64,000 nucleotides of DNA from Alphaproteobacteria bacterium (GCA_965232515.1 CBDDPY010000002.1:2176001-2240000), one strand, 5' to 3'. Shown: positions 1 through 10,022, counted from the stretch's first letter. A program made the numbers and translations. Notes: generated by a model from the letters alone, not told the origin.

Positions 1-719
1 AGACGCCGTTTCTGAACCAGCTGCTGCGCTACGACAACGGCAACGGCGACGTGCTGACGCTGGTCATCAACGCACTCGAGCGCAACGGCCTGATCCGCAC
101 GCTGGCCGAACCGAACCTGACCGCGATCTCCGGCGAGACCGCGAACTTCCTGGCCGGCGGCGAGTTTCCGATCCCGGTGTCGCAGGACGAGGACACGATC
201 ACGGTCGAGTTCCGCCAGTTCGGCATCGGCTTGAACTTCACGCCCGTTGTGCTGAACTCCGGCCGGATCTCGCTGCGAATTTCCACCGAAGTGAGCTCGC
301 TGACCAACGAGGGCGCGGTCACGCTGCAGAGCATCACCATCCCGGCCCTGACCGTTCGCCGGGCGGAAACCACCGTCGAGCTGCCGTCCGGCGGCAGCCT
401 GATGATCGCCGGCCTGATGCAGGAAGACATGACCAACGGCGTCGACGGCGTGCCAGGCATCAAGGACGTCCCGGTGCTGGGTCCGTTCTTCCGGAACAAT
501 GCCTTACAGCGGACAGAGAGGGAACTGGTCGTCACCGTCACCAGCTATCTGGTGAAGCCTGTCGATCGGTCGGTCCTGAGCCTGCCGACAGCCGGGCTGA
601 CGGCGCCGACGGATTTCGATCTGTATTTCCTGGGCCGCCTGCATGGCGCCTATACCAAGACCGAAGCGGCGCCGTCTGCCACCGCGCTGCAGGGTCCGAT
701 CGGCTACATCCTTCAGTAA
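1..719 (+). CDS. cpaC: Flp/Tad pilus secretin CpaC/RcpA, C-terminal part (5' end outside window)
   Basis: The frame is open from base 3. It has secretin motifs LAEPNLTAISGETANFLAGGEFP, RRAETTVELPSGGS and IPVLG-like DVPVLGPFF, and lies directly upstream of cpaD. Confidence 0.93.
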   Translation, partial: TPFLNQLLRYDNGNGDVLTLVINALERNGLIRTLAEPNLTAISGETANFLAGGEFPIPVSQDEDTITVEFRQFGIGLNFTPVVLNSGRISLRISTEVSSLTNEGAVTLQSITIPALTVRRAETTVELPSGGSLMIAGLMQEDMTNGVDGVPGIKDVPVLGPFFRNNALQRTERELVVTVTSYLVKPVDRSVLSLPTAGLTAPTDFDLYFLGRLHGAYTKTEAAPSATALQGPIGYILQ

Positions 720-733
720 TGGGAGCTGACGTA

Positions 734-1423
734 ATGACCAGGTTCCAATCGACGCCAGCGGCAATCGGACTTTGCGCCGTGCTGGGCCTGTCGTTGTCCG
801 CGTGCTCGAACAACAGCGCCGAATTCGCCACCGACGTCGAACGCGACCATCCGGTCCAAGTCGTCAGCCGGCAGGTCGAGCGGCCCGTGACGGTGAATAC
901 CGAAAGCCTGGAGCTGAGCCCGGAAGACACCGCGCAGCTCGATCGCTTCGTCGCCGACTTTTTGCAGAGCGGCAGCGGCGCCATCGAGATTTCCGTGCCG
1001 GCCGGCACCGGCCGCGACCTGGCGCTCGCACGCGCGAACGTCATTCGCAGCCATGTCATCGCCCGCGGCGTCCGGCCAAGCGAGGTGCAGGTCCGGCTGT
1101 CCGAGCGCAGCTCGGATGCGGACGCGCCGCTGACCGTGAGCTACGAACGCTACAGCGTGAAGCTGCCGGAGTGCGGCAACTTCAGCAAGCCCATGTCGCT
1201 CGATCCGCGAAACCTGGTGTCGCCGAACTACGGCTGCTCGACCCAGCGCAACGTCGCCGCCATGGTCTCCAACCCGGCCGACCTGGTGCGGCAACGCAAT
1301 CAGACGCCGGCCGATGCCCAGCGGCGCAGCCTTGTCATTCAGAACTACCAGCAAGGCAAGGTTACCGAGTCCGAGATTTCCGAGCAGGCCGAGGCTGCCG
1401 GCCTGACCGACATCGGCAACTGA
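734..1423 (+). CDS. cpaD: Pilus assembly lipoprotein CpaD
   Basis: Lipobox LSAC, DHP motif and NYGCSTQRNVAAMVSNPADL. GGAG at 722-725 favours ATG 734 over ATG 719. Confidence 0.9.
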   Translation: MTRFQSTPAAIGLCAVLGLSLSACSNNSAEFATDVERDHPVQVVSRQVERPVTVNTESLELSPEDTAQLDRFVADFLQSGSGAIEISVPAGTGRDLALARANVIRSHVIARGVRPSEVQVRLSERSSDADAPLTVSYERYSVKLPECGNFSKPMSLDPRNLVSPNYGCSTQRNVAAMVSNPADLVRQRNQTPADAQRRSLVIQNYQQGKVTESEISEQAEAAGLTDIGN

Positions 1424-1468
1424 TCGGCAGATCTCTCCAGACGGCAGCAACAAAGGCGGGGCAGAACC

Positions 1469-2704
1469 ATTATTAGGGTCAGCATACAGGCGTGGGTGGA
1501 AGACGAGAACTCACAGGCGATCGTCTCCGAAGGGCTGAGCGACCATAAGCTGTCGAAGTCCACCATCGACACACAGCTTGGCGGCCTCGATGCCGCGGTC
1601 ACCTACTATCAGTCAAACCCCACGCCGACGATCATCATTCTCGAATGCGGCGAAGACAGCGAAGCGACGCTGTCGCAGATCGACATTCTGGCTGAAGTGT
1701 GCGACGCCGGCACCAGTGTCCTGCTGCTCGGCGAGGCCAACGATATCGCGCTCTACCGGGAGCTCATCCGGCGCGGCATCAGCGACTATCTGGTCAAGCC
1801 CATCGCACCGCGCCAGATCTTCGACGCCGTGGCGGCAATCTGCATCGATCCGTCGGCGCCCCCCATGGGCCGGCTGCTCGCGTTCGTCGGCAGCCGCGGC
1901 GGCGCCGGCAGCAGCACGATCGCGCACAACGTCACCTGGCAGCTCGCCAAGACGTTCCAGGAAGAGGTCGTCCTGATCGACCTCGACGTTTCGTTCGGCA
2001 CCGCCGGCCTCGCGTTCAACCTGGAATCGCCTCAGGGCGTGCACACGGCGCTGTCGGATCCGGACCGCCTGGACGAAGTCCTGCTCGAGCGGTTTCTGAT
2101 CGAGTACGACGACAATATCCGGCTGATGATGGCGCCCGCGTCGTTGGAAGCCGAGGACAAGATCTATATGGACGCGCTGGAGAAGCTGCTCGACCTGGTG
2201 CGGCGGCGGGCCAGCTATGTCGTTCTGGATCTGCCGCATCGCTGGTCGCCGTGGACGCAGCAGGCGCTGTTGGACGCCGACGAGTCGGCCATCGTCACGA
2301 CACTCGATCTCGCCAGTCTGCGCGACACCAAGAACATCGTCGACCGCCTGAAACAGCAACGCGGCGAGAATGCGCTGCTGCACATCGTGCTGAACCATTT
2401 CGGCGCGTTCAAAAAGACCGAGCTGTCGCCGAAAGACTTCGAAACCGCCATCGAGCTGAAGGCCGCGGCCGTCGTCCCGCACGATCCGGGGCTGTTTGGC
2501 ACGGCATCCAACAACGGCCAGCTGCTGGGCGAGGTGAACGCCCGCCACAAAGCGGTCGAGGCAATCGGGCAACTGGCGCTCGCCATGAGTGGACGTCAGC
2601 CGCCCAAGCAGAAGAAGGGCTTCTTCGATTCGCTGCTGAAGGCCAGGCCAAAGATAAAGGCAAAGGCGAAGCCGAAGGCGGAAGCGAAGTCAGAAGCTGA
2701 GTAA
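1469..2704 (+). CDS. cpaE: Pilus assembly protein CpaE/TadZ (receiver-like domain + MinD-like ATPase)
   Basis: Motifs NDIALYRELIRRGISDYLV and GSRGGAGSSTIAHN. The start is uncertain: the ORF track uses GTG 1496, but the CpaE-like RVSIQAW begins at 1475, suggesting ATT 1469/1472. Confidence 0.88.
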   Translation: MIRVSIQAWVEDENSQAIVSEGLSDHKLSKSTIDTQLGGLDAAVTYYQSNPTPTIIILECGEDSEATLSQIDILAEVCDAGTSVLLLGEANDIALYRELIRRGISDYLVKPIAPRQIFDAVAAICIDPSAPPMGRLLAFVGSRGGAGSSTIAHNVTWQLAKTFQEEVVLIDLDVSFGTAGLAFNLESPQGVHTALSDPDRLDEVLLERFLIEYDDNIRLMMAPASLEAEDKIYMDALEKLLDLVRRRASYVVLDLPHRWSPWTQQALLDADESAIVTTLDLASLRDTKNIVDRLKQQRGENALLHIVLNHFGAFKKTELSPKDFETAIELKAAAVVPHDPGLFGTASNNGQLLGEVNARHKAVEAIGQLALAMSGRQPPKQKKGFFDSLLKARPKIKAKAKPKAEAKSEAE

Positions 2705-2706
2705 AG

Positions 2707-4158
2707 ATGTTCGGAAAGCGGAGCGGACCGCCGACGCAAGCTCCAAAGCCGGCGCCGGAAGCGCCGGCTGCCAGTCCTGCACAACCGGCGACAGCGCCGG
2801 CTCCTGCAGCGCCGGCGGCACCGGCTGAGTCTGCCTCACCGCCGCCACCGCCCCCGCCGCCGGCCAGCGAACCGCCGAAAATCTTCGGCGACGCCGAACA
2901 GAAATACAACGAGACCAAGCAGAACATCTTCGCGGCGCTGGTCGAAGCCGTCGATCTGACGGAGCTGAGCAAGCTCGACTCCGGTCAGGTCCGCGAGGAG
3001 ATCACCGACATCGTCGGCGAGATCATCGCCGTTCAGAATCTGGTGCTCAGCGCCGCCGAGCAGGGCAAGCTGATCACCGACATCTGCAACGACGTCCTCG
3101 GTCTGGGGCCGCTGGAGCCGCTGCTGGTGCGCGACGATATCGCCGACATCATGGTGAACGGCGCGAACAAGGTCTATATCGAGACCAGCGGCAAGGTTGA
3201 GCTGACCGATATCCGCTTCCGCGACAATGCGCAGCTGATGAACATCTGCCAACGCATCGTCAGCGCCGTCGGCCGCCGCGTCGACGAAGCCAGCCCGATC
3301 TGCGACGCCCGCTTGGCAGACGGCAGCCGCGTCAACGTGATCGCGCCGCCATTGGCCATGGACGGCCCGGCCCTGACCATTCGTAAATTCAAGAAGGACA
3401 AGCTGACGCTGGAGACGCTGGTCGAATTCGGCAGTGTTTCGCCGCAGGGCCTGGAACTGCTGAGCGTCATCGGCAACTGTCGCCTGAACGTCATCGTATC
3501 CGGCGGTACCGGCTCGGGCAAAACGACACTGCTGAACTGCCTGACCCGCTTTATCGACGTCGACGAGCGCACGATCACCTGCGAGGACTCGGCGGAGCTG
3601 CAATTGCAGCAGCCGCACGTCGTGCGCCTCGAAACGCGCCCGCCCAACCTGGAGGGCGTTGGCGAGATCACCATGCGCGATCTCGTCAGAAACTGCCTGC
3701 GTATGCGACCGGAGCGGATCATCGTCGGCGAGGTCCGTGGACCGGAGGCTTTCGATCTGCTGCAGGCCATGAACACTGGCCACGACGGCTCGATGGGCAC
3801 GATCCACGCCAACAACCCGCGCGAAGCGATCAGCCGTGTCGAGAACCTGATCGCCATGGGCGGCTTCAACCTGCCGGTGAAGACCGTGCGCGAGCAGATC
3901 GCAGGCGCCGTCAACATCATCGTGCAGGCCTCGCGGCTGCGCGACGGCAGCCGCAAGATCACCCATGTGACCGAAGTGGTCGGCATGGAAGGCGAGGTTG
4001 TGACCCTGCAGGACCTCTATGTCTACGAACTGCACGGCGAAGACGAGAACGGCCGCATCGTCGGCGAACACAAACCCACCGGCCTGCGGCCGGCGTTCTG
4101 GGACAAAGCGAAATACTTCGGCAAGGAACGGGAACTTGCCGCGGCACTGGGCATGTAA
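2707..4158 (+). CDS. cpaF: Pilus assembly ATPase CpaF/TadA
   Basis: Walker A GGTGSGKTT, LRMRPERIIVGEVRG, AMNTGHDGSMGTIHAN, and a Pro/Ala-rich N-terminus. Confidence 0.96.
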   Translation: MFGKRSGPPTQAPKPAPEAPAASPAQPATAPAPAAPAAPAESASPPPPPPPPASEPPKIFGDAEQKYNETKQNIFAALVEAVDLTELSKLDSGQVREEITDIVGEIIAVQNLVLSAAEQGKLITDICNDVLGLGPLEPLLVRDDIADIMVNGANKVYIETSGKVELTDIRFRDNAQLMNICQRIVSAVGRRVDEASPICDARLADGSRVNVIAPPLAMDGPALTIRKFKKDKLTLETLVEFGSVSPQGLELLSVIGNCRLNVIVSGGTGSGKTTLLNCLTRFIDVDERTITCEDSAELQLQQPHVVRLETRPPNLEGVGEITMRDLVRNCLRMRPERIIVGEVRGPEAFDLLQAMNTGHDGSMGTIHANNPREAISRVENLIAMGGFNLPVKTVREQIAGAVNIIVQASRLRDGSRKITHVTEVVGMEGEVVTLQDLYVYELHGEDENGRIVGEHKPTGLRPAFWDKAKYFGKERELAAALGM

Positions 4159-4209
4159 CGGGCCAGGCGGCGCCTGTCGCCGCCGGTCGGATGCAAACGG
4201 AGACAGATC

Positions 4210-5202
4210 GTGAGCCTAAACGCATTGATCATGGTGGTCGTGTTCGGCGGCTTTCTGTCGTTGTCGCTGCTGGTCTATATCGTCCTGGCGCCCCAGCTGA
4301 TCGCGCGCGCGCGATTGCGGCGTCGAATCTCGGCGGTGTCCGGCAAGTCCACCGTGCAGACCGACAGCAAATCGAACCGCGACAGCAGTCGCAAGCGCGG
4401 CGAACTGCAGGCCCGATTGAAGCAGGCGGAGAAGGACAAGGCTAAAACCACGTCGCGCGCCGCCATCTACCGCCGCGACCTGCAACAGGCCGGATTGTCG
4501 ATGTCGCTGCAGAAGTTCCTGTGGATGTGCGGCATTCTCGGACTGGTGGCGGGCGCCGTCTATCTGCTGCTCGGCTATCCGCCCATCGGCGCGCCCGCGG
4601 TGGCGATCACCGTCGGCTTCGGCTTGCCGCGGTTCGTCGTCCGCTGGCTGGGCAAACGGCGCGTCGCCAAGTTCACGCAGCTCTTCGCCGACGCCGTCGA
4701 CGTCATGGTGCGCGGCATCAAGTCCGGCCTGCCGGTCGGCGAGTGCCTGAACATCATCGCCCGCGAGAGCCCCGATCCGGTCGGGGAAATCTTCCGCGAG
4801 ATTGTCGAGGCTCAACGCCTGGGCGTGACGACGGAAGAAGCGCTCGAGCGCGCGCAGGAACGCCTGCCGACGGCCGAGCTGCGCTTCTTCTCCATCGTGC
4901 TGTCGATCCAGCAGCAGACCGGCGGCAACCTCGCCGAGACGCTCGGCAACCTGTCGAGCATCCTGCGCGCGCGCAAGAAGATGAAAGACAAGGTCAAGGC
5001 GATGTCATCGGAAGCGCGGGCGTCGGCGATGATCATCGGCTCGCTGCCGTTCATGGTGACCGGCATGCTGGCCATGAGCAGCCCCGACTACATCATGATT
5101 CTGTTCACCGACGACTTCGGCAACATCCTTCTGATGGGCGGCCTGTGCTGGATGGCGATCGGCGTCTTCATCATGAAGCAGATGGTGAATTTCGAGATAT
5201 GA
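4210..5202 (+). CDS. tadB: Tad pilus inner-membrane platform protein TadB (T2SSF family)
   Basis: Hydrophobic segments plus IQQQTGGNLAETL and KVKAMSSEARASA; follows cpaF. Confidence 0.93.
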   Translation: MSLNALIMVVVFGGFLSLSLLVYIVLAPQLIARARLRRRISAVSGKSTVQTDSKSNRDSSRKRGELQARLKQAEKDKAKTTSRAAIYRRDLQQAGLSMSLQKFLWMCGILGLVAGAVYLLLGYPPIGAPAVAITVGFGLPRFVVRWLGKRRVAKFTQLFADAVDVMVRGIKSGLPVGECLNIIARESPDPVGEIFREIVEAQRLGVTTEEALERAQERLPTAELRFFSIVLSIQQQTGGNLAETLGNLSSILRARKKMKDKVKAMSSEARASAMIIGSLPFMVTGMLAMSSPDYIMILFTDDFGNILLMGGLCWMAIGVFIMKQMVNFEI

Positions 5203-6164
5203 TGAACGCAATCCTCGACACGACCAACATCATCATGGTCCTGGCCAGCGCCGGGGCCTTCCTCACCATACTGGCCTTCGGCATGCCGCTGTTGGCGCGC
5301 GACCCCTTTACCTCGCGCCTGAAGGCGGTGGCGAAACGGCGCGAGGAGCTGCAGGCGGCGAACCGTGCTCGCACCGGCCCGCAGTCCTCGCGGATCCGCC
5401 AGCAGCAGGGCAAGACCTATATGCGGATCGTGGTCGACCGGCTCAAGCTGCTGGATCCGACCGACAGTCAGCAGATCAAGGATTCGCTGGCGCAGGCCGG
5501 CCTGCGCGGCCAGGGCCCGTTGATCACCTACGCCTTCCTGCGCTTCGTCGCGCCGATCGGCGTGATGCTGCTGACGGCGCTCTACATCTTCCTGGTCGCC
5601 AAGGTCGACCTGGAAACGCCGATGAAGATCCTGATCACGATCGGCTCCGGCGTGGTCGGCTTCTTCCTGCCGCAAATCCTGCTGAAGAACCGGATCCAAA
5701 GCCGCCAACAGGCCCTGACCAAGGTGTTCCCGGACGCGCTCGATCTGCTGGTGATCTGCGTCGAGGCCGGCCTGTCCATGGATGCGGCCTTCACGCGCGT
5801 CTCCGAGGAAATCGCCGAAAGCGGACCCGAGCTGGCCGAGGAGCTCGGCCTGACATCGGCCGAGCTGGCGTTCCTGCCCGACCGGCGGCAAGCACTCGAG
5901 AACCTGACCCGCCGCACTGGCCTGCCGTCCGTCAAGGCGCTGGTCACCGCACTGGCTCAGTCGGAAAAGTATGGTACGCCCCTGAGCGTCAGCTTGCGCG
6001 TGCTCGCCGGCGAGAATCGCGACGAACGCATGTCGAAAGCGGAAAAGAAGGCCGGCGCCCTGCCGGCACAGCTTACCGTGCCGATGATTGCCTTCTTCCT
6101 GCCGGTGCTGTTCGTGGTGCTGCTGGGTCCGGCGATCATCCAGACCATGTCGACCTTGGGCTAG
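5199..6164 (+). CDS. tadC: Tad pilus inner-membrane platform protein TadC
   Basis: FPDALDLLVICVEAGLS, QSEKYGTP and AEKKAGALPAQLTVPM. ATGATG overlaps the tadB stop; the ORF-track start at 4521 is a spurious extension. Confidence 0.93.
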   Translation: MMNAILDTTNIIMVLASAGAFLTILAFGMPLLARDPFTSRLKAVAKRREELQAANRARTGPQSSRIRQQQGKTYMRIVVDRLKLLDPTDSQQIKDSLAQAGLRGQGPLITYAFLRFVAPIGVMLLTALYIFLVAKVDLETPMKILITIGSGVVGFFLPQILLKNRIQSRQQALTKVFPDALDLLVICVEAGLSMDAAFTRVSEEIAESGPELAEELGLTSAELAFLPDRRQALENLTRRTGLPSVKALVTALAQSEKYGTPLSVSLRVLAGENRDERMSKAEKKAGALPAQLTVPMIAFFLPVLFVVLLGPAIIQTMSTLG

Positions 6165-6182
6165 CGCCGGGCCGCCGGGCAA

Positions 6183-7373
6183 ATGGGAGCACGCCGGTCG
6201 CGAGAGCGCGCCGTCGCCGAGCGCGCGAGCTTCGATCCGGCCCCGAAGAAAATCCTGATCACGACAGGCGGCTGGCAGTCCGCCCTGGCCTGCGTGCAGA
6301 GCTATGGCCGCGCCGGCCACGAGGTGCATCTGTTCGACCCGGATCCGGATGTGCCGCTGGGCCGGTCCCGTCACTGCCGCCAGGTCGTTCGCGCGCCGCG
6401 TGAAAACGAAACCGCGACCTATCGCTCGGCCCTGCTCCAGACGCTGGCGGCGGGCCAATACGACCTGCTGGTGCCAAGCAGCGACGCAGTCGCCGACATT
6501 GTGGCCCGCGCGCAGAACGAGATCCCCGAACGAACGCGAATTGCCATCGCCTCGGCCGAACAGGTCGCCATGGCGGGCAACAAGCGGGACACCGGCCGTT
6601 TCGCCGAGGCCGCCGGCATCCTGACGCCGGAGACGTTCTATCCGGAGACGCGCGACGAGGTCGTCCGTCTCTCCGAGCGGATCTCCTATCCCTGCGTCGC
6701 CAAGCGCCCCGTCGGGACCGCCAACGACGGGGTCCTGATCTGCATGTCGGCCTGCGAGCTGCTGGCCTATTTCGACGCGCCGGAATCGGACGGCAACTGG
6801 CCGATCGTGCAGTCCTTCGTCGACGGCGATTTCTACGATGCGACGGCCGTCTGCGATCGTGGCGAGGTGGTCGGGCTGTTCGCCTTCTACTGTCCGCAGT
6901 CCTACTACATCGGCGGCACGCCGCCCTATGCCTACAGCGTCACCGATCCAGCCTTCCTGGCGGCGGCGCGCCAGGTGCTCGAGATCTTGGCCTGGCACGG
7001 CGCCGTGGACCTGGACTTTCTCCAGGACGAAGACGGCCGTTACCGTCTGCTGGAAATCAATCCGCGCTTCTCGGGCACGGTGAACATGGCGCTGAAGCTG
7101 GGGCTCGATCTGCCGCGGGCCTATTTCGACGTCGCCCATGGCCAACGAACCGGGGACTACCGCGGCCGCTATCCGGACGGCGTCCTGTTCCGTACGGTCC
7201 TGAACGTTGAATTGAACTGGATCGCCCAGCGCCCCGGCGCCAGGCTATGGATCGCCTTCGCGAAATCCTTCCGCCGGTTCCGCACCAATATCTACTGGCG
7301 CGACCTCCCCTATCTGCGCCACCTGATCGGCCGCGCCTTCCGCCGCTTGTGGCGGCGTTTTGGACAGGCTTGA
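6183..7373 (+). CDS. ATP-grasp domain protein (carboxylate-amine ligase-like)
   Basis: NKxxT, YPCVAKRP, IVQSFVDG and LLEINPRFSG are ATP-grasp motifs. The substrate is unknown. Confidence 0.8.
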   Translation: MGARRSRERAVAERASFDPAPKKILITTGGWQSALACVQSYGRAGHEVHLFDPDPDVPLGRSRHCRQVVRAPRENETATYRSALLQTLAAGQYDLLVPSSDAVADIVARAQNEIPERTRIAIASAEQVAMAGNKRDTGRFAEAAGILTPETFYPETRDEVVRLSERISYPCVAKRPVGTANDGVLICMSACELLAYFDAPESDGNWPIVQSFVDGDFYDATAVCDRGEVVGLFAFYCPQSYYIGGTPPYAYSVTDPAFLAAARQVLEILAWHGAVDLDFLQDEDGRYRLLEINPRFSGTVNMALKLGLDLPRAYFDVAHGQRTGDYRGRYPDGVLFRTVLNVELNWIAQRPGARLWIAFAKSFRRFRTNIYWRDLPYLRHLIGRAFRRLWRRFGQA

Positions 7374-7408
7374 ACCGGCGCCAGGCCAGCCAGCGCCGCT
7401 CGGCGTCG

Positions 7409-9082
7409 TTATTGCGCGGAGACCACCACGCAATCGGCGTTGCGGTTGCGCAGCCGGGCGCAGAGATCAATGGCCGAGGCCCGCGCCGCCAGGGGCGCCG
7501 TCAGAACCCTGTAGAACTCTCCACGATCGGCGATGGTGACCCGGGCGATATCCAGCGGCAGGCCGGCCAGGACGTCGCCATGCGCCGTGCGCAGCAAACC
7601 GATGCTGCGTTCCGCGGCGCCCGCCTTGCGGAAGCTGCCGAGCTGTACCCGGAAGCCGCCCGTGGCGGCCAGTGCCGCAACGCGCTGGGCGCCCCCGGCC
7701 ATGCCGGTGTTGTGCGACGCGCCATCAATGGCCGCGACGAATGGATCGGCCGCATAGTCTTCCGTCATCGCCGAAATGCCGGGCGCGTCGACCGGCCGGC
7801 CGGCGCCGGCCGGTGACGGAACCTCGGCCATTAGATCGGGATGCGTATCGAAATCGGCATGCAGACTGGCCACCTTCTTTGGCGCCGGCGTCGGATCGTC
7901 GATCAGGGCTTGCGCCGCGTCGCCCGACGATGCCGGCGCAGCCGGCGGCACCAAGCGCTCGCTCACGGCCGGCGGCGGCAGCTGGGCGCCGAAATCGACA
8001 ATGGTTTCGAGCGAAGCGACAGCGACGCCAACCTCGGGCGCATCTTCTTCCGACGTCGCGAACGGCAGCTGATCGATCTGGGCATCGATATCGGCCGGCG
8101 AAGATCCATCCAACCCGGCCATCTGGGCGGGCGCCGGTACCGGCGTCTCGCCGGTCGCCGGCTGTTCCGCAATCAACACCTGCGTCGGATCGTTCGGCAC
8201 GGCCTCGGCATAAACGGGCGTTTGCGGCACGGCGGGTGGCTTGTCCGCGGCCAACTCGGGCGTCGGCCCGACCGCCGTCGTGACCTGCGACAGCGCCGGC
8301 AGATCGCCACCGGCCTGAATACTGGCGTGCAGGCGCTGGTAGTAGCTCAGATTCTCTTCGGCCATCTCCGACGGCAGGTCCTGGCGCACCAGCTTTTCGG
8401 TCGCCGGCAGGTCGCCCTTCATGGCGTAGAGCAGCGCCAGATTCTGCCGGACCTGAGGTGTCGTTTCCGGCTGGCCGACGGCCCGCTCGAGCGCCGACAC
8501 GGCATCGGCCAAGCGGCCCGCCTGGGCCAGCGACAGGCCCAGATTGTTGAGCACGGCAATGTTCTCGGGCGAAAGCTCGAGCGCCTTCAGATAGTGGGTC
8601 TCGGCTTGGTCGTAGATGCCGAGCCGGTCGTAGGCGATGCCCATCGCCGAGAGGATCTGCCAATCGTCGGGGTGGCTGATGTTGGCCTGCGACAGGTAAT
8701 CGAGCGCCGCCGACGGCTCGCCGAGGGACAGCTCCACCTTGCCCAATTCGCCGAGCAGGCGCGGTTCCTCGGGCCGCTCGCGCAGCGCCCGCTTGAGCAC
8801 GGCCCGGGCCTCGCTCGCCCGCGAGAGGTGACGGAGATTGCGCGACATGCCGATCAGCGAGTCCAGGTCGCCGGGATTGCGCCGATACAGCGAGCCGAAA
8901 TAGGACGCCGCCGTCGCATAATCTCCACGCATTTCGGAGGCGGTTGCCGCCTCTTCCAGACTGTTGCCAAGCTTGGCGTTCATGTCGCTATCGGGCGGCA
9001 TCTTGGCCGTGGTCTGACAGGCGCCAACGACGAGAACCGCGCCGAGACCGAATACCAACCGGAAGAGTGTCTGTTTCTTCAT
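7409..9082 (-). CDS. TadD-like TPR lipoprotein with Pro/Ala linker and C-terminal SPOR domain
   Basis: Lipobox VGAC, TPRs (AVLNNLGLSLAQAG, VRQNLALLYAMKG) and a C-terminal FRVQLGSF...FYRV...CARL...CVVV typical of SPOR. The start is taken at MKKQ. Confidence 0.8.
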   Translation of the reverse strand: MKKQTLFRLVFGLGAVLVVGACQTTAKMPPDSDMNAKLGNSLEEAATASEMRGDYATAASYFGSLYRRNPGDLDSLIGMSRNLRHLSRASEARAVLKRALRERPEEPRLLGELGKVELSLGEPSAALDYLSQANISHPDDWQILSAMGIAYDRLGIYDQAETHYLKALELSPENIAVLNNLGLSLAQAGRLADAVSALERAVGQPETTPQVRQNLALLYAMKGDLPATEKLVRQDLPSEMAEENLSYYQRLHASIQAGGDLPALSQVTTAVGPTPELAADKPPAVPQTPVYAEAVPNDPTQVLIAEQPATGETPVPAPAQMAGLDGSSPADIDAQIDQLPFATSEEDAPEVGVAVASLETIVDFGAQLPPPAVSERLVPPAAPASSGDAAQALIDDPTPAPKKVASLHADFDTHPDLMAEVPSPAGAGRPVDAPGISAMTEDYAADPFVAAIDGASHNTGMAGGAQRVAALAATGGFRVQLGSFRKAGAAERSIGLLRTAHGDVLAGLPLDIARVTIADRGEFYRVLTAPLAARASAIDLCARLRNRNADCVVVSAQ

Positions 9083-9193
9083 GGTGAACCGATGATCCGT
9101 TGCTAAACGCGGGCCCTGTTCACTCGCAAGTCCTGCCTCGCGCGCCATGACCCCGACGCTGATGCCCGATATTCGACAAAAGTAAACACGCGA

Positions 9194-9212
9194 ATGGTTA
9201 ATTAAACTTCAA
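9194..9212. promoter_or_regulatory. Putative CtrA site in the divergent promoter region
   Basis: ATGGTTAA (reverse complement TTAACCAT) at 9194-9201 and TTAA-N7-TCAA at 9198-9212, in an AT-rich intergenic region between pilus genes. Confidence 0.5.
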
Positions 9213-9371
9213 TTCGCTCTAAAACACCGAGAAATCAACGATGCCGTATCGGCAATGATGCGCAGCTAAATTTTAAGATTCTTATAGTGAAATAGAGGTA
9301 CCTCAATGGAGCTACCGAAATGCCGGTACTTCCAACACTTCCGATTGATCAATCCGGTCGAGGTCGAGATT

Positions 9372-9944
9372 ATGGCTAATCTTACGCTGCTGTCGTCGGC
9401 ATCGCGCCGGCGAAACACATTGGGCGCCGGACTACGGCGGACGCTGGCCGTCCTCGTCGCTGGCCTAAGCCTGGCGGCATCGGGCGCCTGGGCTCAGGAA
9501 GCGCTGAACGTGCAGGTCGGCAAGGCGGCTAAGTTGGCGCTGTCGGAACAGCCGAATGTCGTCGTGGTCGGCAACCCCGCCATCGCTGATGTTATTGTCG
9601 AGAACTCGCGGCTGATCTTCCTGATGGGCCTGATGCCGGGCGAGACGAACCTGATCGTGCTCGATCGGCGCGGCAACGAGCTGATCTCCGCGCCGATCGT
9701 GGTGACGCCGAGCGATGCGCGAACGGTCACCGTGAACCGCGACGTGGCCGAATTTACCTTCAGCTGCAATCCCCGCTGTGCCGGCATACCGACGCCGACG
9801 AGCGCCGAGGAGGAGGCGGCCGTGTCTGGCGGTGCGGGCGGCGCCACCGGTACCGGCGCCAGCGACCCGAACGATCCGGCGGCCGCCATGCAGAACTTCT
9901 CCGAAGCCTTCTCCAACATCATGAACATGACGGGACCGCAGTAG
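9372..9944 (+). CDS. Pilus assembly protein with secretin N-terminal-like domain (T2SS-T3SS_pil_N)
   Basis: Signal peptide (AWA-Q), VVVGNPAIADV, GETNLIVLD and FSCNPRC. Confidence 0.8.
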   Translation: MANLTLLSSASRRRNTLGAGLRRTLAVLVAGLSLAASGAWAQEALNVQVGKAAKLALSEQPNVVVVGNPAIADVIVENSRLIFLMGLMPGETNLIVLDRRGNELISAPIVVTPSDARTVTVNRDVAEFTFSCNPRCAGIPTPTSAEEEAAVSGGAGGATGTGASDPNDPAAAMQNFSEAFSNIMNMTGPQ

Positions 9945-10022
9945 TAATGCGCGGCGGCGTCTCCGTCGGCGCCGCCTGCCCCCCGTGCGACGGGGCGTTC
10001 CCGCTTCGCGACAGATAGGCCG

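Noticed and set aside
2730-2880. GC-rich quasi-repeats at the start of cpaF
   Set aside because: They encode a Pro/Ala low-complexity linker, which is common in CpaF proteins.
5088-7145. 685-aa minus-strand ORF (likewise 36538-38595, 41549-43210 and 57001-58581)
   Set aside because: These lie antisense to well-supported genes and are shadow ORFs.
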